Shown here piece by piece: positions 1 through 10,500 of a stretch of 64,000 nucleotides of DNA. The DNA is from Nemertoderma westbladi (Eukaryota > Animalia > Xenacoelomorpha): positions 1 through 64,000 of the forward strand of contig JAUCBJ010001576.1 of assembly GCA_032718475.1 (NCBI GenBank), given 5' to 3'. Position numbers and translations under genes: made by a program. The notes below the pieces were generated by a model. That model saw only the letters and a program-made list of their open reading frames with translations. It was not told where the DNA came from and made no database searches. Position 1 is the stretch's first letter. Every line of letters starts with the position of its first letter.

Positions 1-246
1 TCCTAAATAGGACATGATCGATCTGGGACTTATGACCACTGTGTGGGTATTAGGGTAAGCAGTTTCCCAGGTTTCTTTTGAAACAGGATGCCACCCTTAA
101 ACACAAGGTGTAGGTCTACTTGAAATGCTGAGTAAAGTGCATCGAAGTTCCCAAAAAAGAATATTAAATAAAGCATGTTGATCAACCCCACCAACACTCA
201 GGAGACATTAGGAGATCTTGCAGGTTTTTTATTTCTGATTATACAT

Positions 247-1418
247 TGTACGCGCTTTTGAAGACCTTTAGCAGTTTAACCTGCCAAAATTTATATGTCT
301 TTTGGTTTATAAATAGACTTTAGAAATTGACAAATATTTAATACCAATAAACACAACATTAGCAGAAGCCAGCCTAGTGCGCGTCCATTCACCCGCTGGA
401 TATACCCGGGAGACTGGATTCTGAGGGCTTAGATTATTATTGCAGTGTAAGCTTACTGTATTATTCGATTGATCGTTAATAAATAATTTCTGACTAATAT
501 TATTCACTTTCGGGAAATATTAACAGTTCCTTTAGGACGTGGCGCTCTATCTAGGTAAACAGAGATATGACTTATACTAATCACAACGGTAAGTCGGTAA
601 GGCTTATGATTCACGTATGAGGCGCATTCTTTAGGAAATGCTTAGTTGTCAGTCACAATCATGCACACTACCGGTAAAACACAATACTGCTCACTAATTT
701 GCCGACCGTCAATGAATTTTATCATGTATAAAGAGAACAGCAACTGACTCATGTAGTGCTTATCAAATAGCATTAAATTCACTACAAACCACAATCATAT
801 AAGTCGCAATCGCTATATGTAACCTGTCTCTCTAACCTGTAGTGTATCAAGAAAATTGGGAAATTTGGGTTCTTTATAAATGTTCTCCAAATAATATTCA
901 ACCAACTGATACAAAATATGACAACAGTAAAAAGCATTAAGACGGTAGGTTAAGATATGATATGACAAGTTATGAACTGATAACAGTTATACGCTCTATA
1001 ATCTTAAGCCTACTAATGTTTCTTCTAAAGTCTGAAACGAATGGACTCTAGAGCCGGTGTTCCTGGCCTAGATAGAAACAACACAACAGTATCAAGAAAA
1101 ACAGTAAGACTGAACACTCCTAGCACGATCGGCCAAATATCTCCACATCGACAGAAAAAATCGCTCTGATTGGCTGTTAAGCTAAACAAAGAACCATGTG
1201 TCCAATGGCCGTTTCCATGTCAGCAACCAGCTGTTAGATGTCGTAATCTGAATCATCAAGGCTAAGCTGTGCCAGGGTATTTGACGCATTGCGGGTTTTT
1301 TGCCTTACCATGTCCGCCAAAGCACACATATAGAAGAATGACTTTTATGTCCGTTAAAACACCTATAACGGTACCTTGCGGGCGAGGGGGACTGAGTATA
1401 TCCGCAAAAGCTTTTACA
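247..1418 (-). repeat. 3' LTR (1172 bp)
   Basis: Plus strand reads TGTACGCGCTTTTG...AAAAGCTTTTACA and matches 14651-15810 apart from about 3 substitutions and two short indel/replacement sites found by eye. Confidence 0.96.
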
Positions 1419-1426
1419 CCGCTCCC
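1419..1426 (-). other. Putative short polypurine tract (GGGAGCGG) abutting the 3' LTR
   Basis: Minus strand reads ...CTGGGAGCGG|TGTAAAAG. The position is as expected for a PPT, but the tract is short and contains one C. Confidence 0.5.
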
Positions 1427-1496
1427 AGAAAATGGGATTCAAGTTTATAAATATACAAAAATCACAGTTTCTAATATATGTAAATACTCTAAACAG

Positions 1497-2943
1497 TTAG
1501 TCTTTTTTGCGCGGACGGCGTTTACGCAGTTTTTTAAAGGTGGCCAGAGTCCTTTTCTCTTTGGGGCGAGCCACTTTACAAGGAGGGCTATAACTCCTGG
1601 GTGAAGGGTGCAATATAATTGCATCAGAGGGTGTAGGATTATGGTCTGTGTATCCGCCAGTCGAAGTACCGGGTTGATTGACATCAACGTCGGGGGAGAG
1701 GGGTCTAACGGCCTTGAGAGCGCGTTTTAGGACAGCCGCTCTTACGGGTCCTTTACGAGTAGTCTGAACGTGAGCCGTGGGTGGACCATAGGCAGTCAGA
1801 AACCTCCTGGGTTTAATGGTTCTTTCCAACTCGCGTTCGCGGGCTCAGTATTCGTAAGGCCGTCGATATACTTCCTGTAACTCGGGGTGTGAGTTAACAA
1901 ATAAGTCTCCATAGTCTGGATCCTGACGGATATAATTGATTAAGTTATAGGAATGAAGGTCGCTAGGATTAACACTCCTGAGAAATTTGCGTACGAATTT
2001 GGTTGAAATACATTCTCCGACACGCTTTAGTAGTTCGTAACTCGATATGCGTGATTTCTGTTCGACCGAAGCGAATAGATAAGGATGGAACGCATAAACT
2101 CCTTCGTAAGCGCGTCCGGGATAATAGCGATGGCGCGAATCACAATGTAAATCAGCGTTCGCTTCCCAAGCTCTGATGTAACGTAGTGTGATCATTTCAT
2201 CTACGCTTTCCAAATCGTGATTAAAAGGGCAATCGAAACTGGCGTGTCCCTTTAGTTTACAATTGTGACATTGAGTCATAAATTGAGGGCAAACCGCAAA
2301 AATATGCAAGTTATTGAGTCTGCAATATGCGCAATAAATTTCCATAGTCGGTTGTTCTTGGAAATAGGAACAGCGGACGTTTGTGTCCATGGGCGTAACA
2401 TGGTCTCTCGATGCGCATAACCGACAACGTTGCCGAGAAACATAGTTGGCATGGCGATAATTGTACGCAGTGAGACACTGTGGACCTTGATACCATTCTA
2501 GGATGTAATCGTTGTCGCTGTTCCGGGCGCGATAGGCTGAATCTCCTCAGATTCTAGGCATATTGGTTCGTCTTCCCAGTCTGTTACGAATAGAATTTTC
2601 GTGATCTATTCTCGGTTTATCGTTACGACTCCGCTGGGTATGATATTTAAATAGAACCATTTCCCTTTCGGTGTCTACATCTTCCTATCATGTAATCGAT
2701 AGGATGGCCGGTAGTTAGGAAGTCCATATACGTACTATTACGATGCGTATAGCGAGCGGTGAATTTTCGATAGTCCAATTCACGCGTAAGTTGCTCTTGG
2801 GACATCGGCGGTTCGATATAACGACCATCGTCCTCCGTAATGGTTGGATCGGTTTCACCGCGTATCAAGCTATCCACAAATGCTTGTAAGGGTAGAGTAT
2901 ATCGCTCCCTGATACCAAGATCATCTTCTATCAACTCCGTCAT
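1497..2943 (-). pseudogene. Retrotransposon accessory reading frame (ORF2): multi-CCHC zinc-knuckle protein with a basic C-terminal tail, interrupted
   Basis: Track ORFs 1845-2390 and 1497-1829 and the frame from ATG 2660 are one frame broken only by TGA at 2547-2549 and 1845-1847. The 98-aa ORF 2647-2943 joins it by a 1-nt shift near 2680. Motifs: CRLCASRDH..C, CAYCRLNNLHIFAVC and CHNCKLKGHASFDC. Confidence 0.6.
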
Positions 2944-4563
2944 ATCTGCTATCTGAGTTTATTAATATCGAAATGAGTTTATGTTTAGGCGAGCGGACGT
3001 CGCTGCCTACCTCTCTTTGCCCCCGGACAGTGGGATTCTCAGCGCCGATGTACCGTCGTCGCGGTGTTTACGCCAACATGTAGCAACAGCACGACAACGA
3101 TAACCGGCACAAGTCACTCCACTGTCCGTCCCAAAGGCTTGAATCCACTTTAGGTTCTTTCTATAGGAGAGTTGGGCTACTTTCACAATGGCGACTAGCT
3201 ACTGTAAACATACTTTAGCAGTAACATTCACCTATAAACACACAAATTCCACACAACTGTCACCAATTGTACACATACAGGCCATTTGTCCGTTAGTCAG
3301 TGCCTTCCAGAATGTCACGTTATTACTGTGTATCTTTGGATACTAACAGAGTGCTATGTATTCTCTATGCTATGCAATGTGACAAGCTTTCTATTGTTCC
3401 TTTAACTTGCTTCTAATTCTAGCGTGGGTGTTGCTATGGTGACATTATGGAAAGCTAGCGGTAGAATTAGGGTAATACTCATGCATACAGATCTGGAATG
3501 CTATTTAATAGTAATTCTTTAATTGTCAATATCCTCTTTATACATGATTTTATTAATTTTATCCGCTATTGACTATATGTTGGAGATTCTCGCACTCTAA
3601 TACACTCAATAGGATGAATCTCCGCTCCCATGATCTATTAATTAATGGAATTTTGGGAATGTTATAAATTGCACAAAATGACAATTTATGAAATTCATTT
3701 AAAATATGAATTTAAATTTATTCCCGTGAATTTTATTATTTGATAGTACAATTGACACAATTTGATTCCAGAGCAGGTCTGGGGACATAGGATCCTTAAT
3801 TCTATGAAAATTGTCTTTTAAGAGTATCTGTAAGTGCTGCGATATCTTAATTGACTAGAAATTTTAAAGGATCTGAATTTTACAGATTTTAATAAATATT
3901 AAATTAATATTTAAGATGGGCACCGATTTATTCCAGAACTTGTCTGGGGACGTTAACCACTGATTCTAGAATTTGTCTTTCAAGTATATCGGTGGGTGCC
4001 GCGATATCTTAATCGACTAGAATTACAGATGGTCAAAAGGTTTAACAGATTTATTTGCGTTTTACGCTACTGTTATATGGACATCACGCTACTATATGTA
4101 TTATTTAATATAAGGTAGAAGAGCAATATCGCACGAAGCAATGTCAGTGTGAAGAGGCAAGTCATTTCCAAGGTCTACCCAGAGCTTGGTTTAGCCGAGA
4201 CACGAGGATCTGAACTTTGCATTCCTAATACTCTGCCTACCAATAATACTTAAATATAGTAGTGGCTTTATTGTACTTTAATAAGTACAGACATTTCATC
4301 TTACTGTAGTCACGTATTTATAATATGATACGGACAGTAAGGAAAGAGAAAAATTATTTCTCGCCGTCACACTAAATATATTATATATATGTAATTACGT
4401 AATAAACACTAATATATTGCACTAATCTACCAAATAATCTAAAATAACCTTCTACTAAATAAAATTGAATAAAAACGATTATAATAAAGTACATAATAAA
4501 GTTCGCATATAAAATATAATAAAATAGATAAAACAATATAGTCATACACCCACTCCAGACGTA

Positions 4564-7500
4564 TCACGTTGGGGAGTCCCTAGATGTTTGAGGAATTAGG
4601 GAGGTGGTCGTGGGAAGAGTGTCTTGCCTTCCATAGTTTCCGGAGAGTTCTCTGTCTCTTTCCAGTAAACATAAACGACCAACTGGGCGGTTGAGTTGTT
4701 GCGTCTCAAAGATTATGCCTGGCTTCTTGAAGTTACGCCGCATGACGACGAGTTCTACCGAGCGTACTAAACCATCATCCGAGATGTGAGTCTCGATGAT
4801 ACGACCTGTCTGCCACCGTTTACGTGGGAGGTCTGGATCTACAATAAGCACCATATCTCCGGTGCTGACGTTTCCTTGCTGCGCAAACCACTTAGTTCGA
4901 AGTTGTAGCATGGGCAGATAATGTTTCTCGAAATGGTCAGCGAAACGATGGGATAGCAACTGCATAAGTTGCCAAGTTCGACGGCAGTATTCGTCTCCGT
5001 CGGCAATCTCCAATCGTGGGAGCATGGCTACAGGTTTCTTCAGTAGGAAGTGCGCGGGTGTTAGCGCTTCCAGGGAATCGGGACTCGATGAGACTGGCAT
5101 AAGCGGTCTCTCGTTGAGATAGGCAGCTATTTCCTCCATTAATGTCCGCAAAAGTTCGTCGGTGAGATACGCGCGGCATGGCACTATAAAGTGAAATGCG
5201 GTCTTGACACTTCTAATTAATCTCTCCCAACTTCCTCCCCACCAAGGGGCGTCGGCGGCATTGAAGGTCCAGCTAGACGCTGTTATCCTTAGCTGATCGT
5301 CCACCTGTCTTTGGTTCCAGTCCTTTACGTAAGCCTGTATTTCGTTGTTGGCACCAATGAAGTTCGTTCCCTTATCCGATCTCATGGTATTACTCGTCCC
5401 GAAGCGAGCGATCTGTCGGCGTAAACTTAAGACGAAGCTGTTGGTAGATAGATCATTCACCATATCGAGATGGATGGCTCTACAAGTCATGCATACGAAG
5501 ATGACACACCATCTCTTGACTATAGTCCTAGCACGATATACTTCAATAGGGCCAAATAAATCTACACCAGTATTAGTAAAAGGTGGTTCAAAGAAGCTTA
5601 CTCGTTCCCTAGGTAATTCTGCCTCTCGCTGTGTTAAAGGCCTACTGAATGCTTTCCTACAGGGTATGCAGTTCCTAAGAACTTGGTTCAGAGCTCTACG
5701 GGGTTTATCAAAATAATAGCGAGTTCGAATTTCGCTAAGAACTCGTTCTCTACCAGCATGATAGAGTTTGCTGTGAACATCTACAATCATCTTGATTTGT
5801 ACTTCAAGATTTCTAATGAGTATGGGGAATTTAGTGTCAAAGGATAATGGCGCATTGGTGAGCCTTCCTCCAACACGTATTAACCCATCTATCATTGTGC
5901 TAGAGAAGCGATCCCGTAAGCGCATCTGCGGATTTCTCAACAACAGGAAATACTTATCGGAATCTTCATAGCATTGCAGGAGTCTCAGTATCTGCTTATT
6001 GGTTTCTTCATGCTCCTGGTAACTAATTTTCTCCTTGAGAAACCGGTCAGATGTCTTATATTTGGGTAAATTTTTAATAACATGAACTTGTGCAGATGTC
6101 AATGGAGCGGTATCACTAGTGGTCTTCGTCCTGGAGTAGTGATGATGAAAACATCGCCTTAAATATGTGACGGCTTTACAGAGCCGATTCCAGGAACTGT
6201 AGTGATGCATTGCTCTCTGCAGCAGGGGTGAGATTCCTTGCGAGACGTCTGGTATTCCAGATTTCCAATCTCTATCTCTAATTTCCACAACAGACTTATT
6301 TGTGGCGAGGGATTGTGGATCCGAAGCATCATTCCCGGAAGTATGTAATACAGATAGATCGATCGTTGGTTTAAATAACTTCGATTTACTCGCCCGGGTT
6401 TTAGGTTTGACTGTCTCCGCTCCCTTGGCTTGTCTAATCTCCGCCGTAGTAAGGTGAGGAGGCCATTCATCCTCTTCCTTGCTCAGGAAGTCGGGTCCAC
6501 CCAACCAATCTGGAGTATCTATCAGTTCCTGTGGAGTTGCTCCCCTGGAGGCGATATCGGCTGGATTAATCGTACCAGGGCAATGTCTCCATTGATCTAT
6601 CTTTGTGCGACTAAGAATAATAGCTACCCTGTTAGTAACAAAAACGCTGAACTGACAGACTTCATTGGTTAGATACTCCAACACGAGTAAAGCGTCGGTC
6701 CAATAAACCGTTTTCTCCAGTGGATAGTCGATTTGTTCTGTTACGTTCCGGCCGATGGCTGTAGCGTATAAAGCCGCCTTTAACTCCGCTCGAGGAACCT
6801 TTAACTTGTTGTTAATCAATGCCTTAGAGGTAACCAAGGCGACTTTGATTCCATCCGGAGTTTCGACTCGCAGATATGCTACTATACCTATTCCCATGTC
6901 GCTGGCATCTCCAAACACATGGAGTTGATAGGAATACGTAGGAAGAACATGACCAAAATATGCACGGGAAATTATAAAGTTCTTGATGGCAGGTAGAGAA
7001 TCTTCCCATTTCATCCATTTCTTTAACAGTTCTCCCTTAAGCGGATCGTCCCATGAGTGGTTTTCAAGCCACATTTGTTGTACTAAACTCCGAGCAATCA
7101 ATATAACTGGGCTAATAAATCCCAATGGGTCGAAATAAGTGCTCAGGATACTTAAACAAATCCGTTTGGTCCGAACTGGATTATCTCGCTGTTTTAGCTG
7201 AAAAAACAGGATGTCTCTTTCAGTGTCCCACTTCAAGCCAAGCGTCTTGGTTTCTGGAAGATCGTCCTTTATTAAGTCTAGGTCTTTCGTTCCTCGGTCT
7301 TCTACCGGTATCGCTTCCAGAAACTCACGGGAGTTGCTAGTGAATTTCGTCAGTCGAAATCCACCTCTTTTCAAACACTCTACCGTTCCTTTCGCGACAT
7401 CAATGGCTTCTTCTACTGATGGAAGGGACCTTAAATTATCGTCCATGTATATATTACGCTTGATGTTGTCTATCACCTCTTTTGAGAAGGAGTCTCGGTT

Positions 7501-10500
7501 GTCATTCGCAGTGGTTCGCACCACGGAGCAGGCGTTGGAAGGACTAGATATGATCCCAAAAGCCTGGATGGTCATCCAGTACTCTATCGGTTTCTGATTG
7601 AGGTCTCCTTCAGGCCACCACAGAAATCTCAGGCTGTCTCTATCTCTATCCAGCGCCTTGACTTGTAAGAACATTCCTTCTATATCGGAGGCGAACGCGA
7701 TGGAATATTGTCTTAATCTTAAAAGTATTCCCAACAAAGATTGGAGTAAGTTGGGTCCTGGTAACAACTCGGAATTGAGGGATTGGCCCATATATAGAGT
7801 GGAGCCATCGAATACGACTCGTACTTCGTGGGGTTTACCGGGTTTGGGAACGTAATGATGTGTTAAGTAATACGTTCTCTCAGTTACTGGTGTTCCTTCC
7901 GGTACTCGCTCCGCGTATCCCTTAGTTATAAATTTCTTCAACTGAGTTTGGTACATTTCTTTAGCTGAAGCATTGGCCGTAAGGCGTCGATGTAATTGAG
8001 CGATTCTTTTCTCTGCCAAGGGTCTGTTATTTATAAATCTAGGTTCTCGTTTTCTAAATGGTAGGCCGATTTCATATCTACCTTGGTCCTTTAAAAAACG
8101 TGTAGTTGTTTCCTGGATTTGCTTGGCTCTTTCTTCTTCTATCGATAGGGCCTTATCGTATGAATTGGGCTCTACCAGTTCTTGAGTAAAGAATCGTACG
8201 GCGAGTTTGTCCCGAGTTCTAGCGTTGTAGCGCTCTATCTCATCATTTAGTTCGTCATTGTAATCAATGGGTCCCGATGGGTGAATCAGTTGACATAGGT
8301 TCACCTGGTTTTTCCAAGTTTTGTTTTCTGTAAGTAGGTCGATTGTGTTCTCTTCGTCGAAGAGTTGGTAGATGTCGTCATTATCTGAGGAGTATGGTGT
8401 TCCTTCAGTTAGTTCGTCCACCTCACTGCTCTCCACTTCCCTATCGTTTACTTGGTATATTCGTTCTTGTGGCATTCTCTCTTCGAGAGTTCTGCGGGAA
8501 GGGCCAGTAAAGTACCAACCTACTCTAGTTCTTACCGCATAGGTTTGCAGTGGCTGCGGTTGAGCAGGCCGTTTCTCCAATGTCTCGAGCGCCTCATGCG
8601 CGTTTTGGCCGATGAGTATTTGCACTCCAGGATAATCTGTCTGGAATCGAGGTATCTTAAGATGTTGGATGCTCTCATCCTCGTCCCAATTATAAAGGTC
8701 TGCTTGAGTAGTAGCGAAGTTCTTTATAGCCACCATTTTTACCGACCTTATACCTTGTGCTCCTAATTTATCCTGGGGGGTGGACAACACACCTACATAG
8801 TAATCTGCCGTTAGGGTAGATTTCCAAACCTGCATAATTCCTGACATATTCAATTTAGTCCGGAATTTGGGTTGTCCAGCAAAGATATCTTCGGCTAGTT
8901 CTTGATCGATGAATGTTCCTGTGCTGCCGGAGTCAAGGAGGGCGTTCACTATGTAACTTTTGTTAGGACCGTGAACTCTTACCTGCACTACAGGAAATTC
9001 TCTGATTCCTACATTGGAAGTTGGAGCTTTCCAAGATGGTTGTCTGTCAAAGGTAGTTGGGGGGAACTCATTTTCGGTGTCCTTTTCATAAGTAAGTGCT
9101 CGATACACTGCGGTATTGATTAGATAACAGGATTCGTTGGCGTCGGAGAATTCGTCAGTATAGAATCCTTCCATCTCAGATTCTTGATCAGTGTCGTTTA
9201 CATCACTGAATTGGACATGTAGTTCGGGCTCACTTACCTTACTCGGGTTGTTTCGTTCGAACTCACTGTGTAACAAGATGTGATGTTTCGCGTCACACTT
9301 TGCACACTTTACGTCGGAGTAACAGGTTCGCCGTTGGTGTCCTGGTCTGAGGCAATTATAGCATAACCGCTTATCCCACACGACTGCACTTCTGTCTACA
9401 AGGGATTTCTTTAGAAATTCAGCACACGCACTCAAACGGTGGGTCCCGTCGCACAGCGCACAGTTAGGTTTTATGTTACTCACTTTACCTTGGGTAACCT
9501 GATGCACTCTCGTTCTTTCTTCGGGTTTTCTTCCGTGCATTCTGTTAGGAGACTGAGGAGGGGACTTGGCAACCTGTTCTCTCCTATCGTTGGTTCGAGC
9601 CTTGTATTTACTTACGTCTTTTGAGGTTTTGCCAACGTAGTAAGATCGATCAGTGTCTTTCCCGCTGTCCTCTTCTTGAGAAGCTTGGCTTTCGCCGTCG
9701 TCAGTGTAACACACCGGTGTGACTCTTCTCCTAGAAACGGGTTTCTCACTTACCTTATTTTCCGATGTTTTTTCTCTGGACTGCTTGATGAGTTGTAGTT
9801 TTACTTCACCATCTAAGAAGGACATGAGATCAGCCATGGTAGGGCTTCGTCGTTGCTGCTCATTCATATACAACACTTTCTTGTCCCAGCGTGTACATAC
9901 TCCACCCTTTGGTAAAGTAGAGACTACTGCTCCAATAACCATGGAACTCTGATATTCATGAGACTTACCTAACCAGTCCAATTGTCTACAGATCTCCTGA
10001 ATCTCATCAGAAAACTCTATAATCCCGCTACTAAGGAAGTTTCGGGGGGCTACTAATTTTGCATACAAATACTTAGCTATGTTATCCTTGTTACCATACC
10101 TGATGTTTAATGTATCCCAAACTTGTCTTAATCCTTCTGGATGTCCAATAAACTTTAACGCCATTAACTTGGGAGGTCCTTCCAAGCACTTGATGAGGAA
10201 CCTAAGTTTCTCTCCGTTAGATAGTACAGAGTTCTGTATGCTGTCTTTGTAATATTCATTGAAAGGTAACCATTTCATCTCATCTCCATTGAATTTGACG
10301 ATCTCTCCCACTTTGACCGCTTGGCGGGCTTCTGTTCTAGCCCTCTGACGCGTAAAGCTTTCTTGGGCCATCGTGTTATTTAATATCGAATTATCGGCAT
10401 ATAAATTTCTCGGATCATTATCAGGTCTATAGGGAATATCATTAACAACAGGTTTATAATCACCCTTAATAGGGTTTGCTATAGGAGTTTCTACTTCACT

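Noticed and set aside
307-507. 66-aa ORF duplicated at 14711-14911
   Set aside because: It is identical only because it lies in the LTRs; it has a non-ATG start and no recognisable motif.
1845-2549. Selenocysteine or alternative genetic code explanation for the in-frame TGAs
   Set aside because: Gag-Pol itself terminates at TGA, the TGAs are not at Cys-like motif positions, and I could not identify a SECIS. CGA/TGG mutation, splicing or readthrough are simpler explanations.
1497-4563. env gene in the 3' region of the retrotransposon
   Set aside because: No long ORF with a signal peptide, fusion-protein cysteine pattern or TM anchor.
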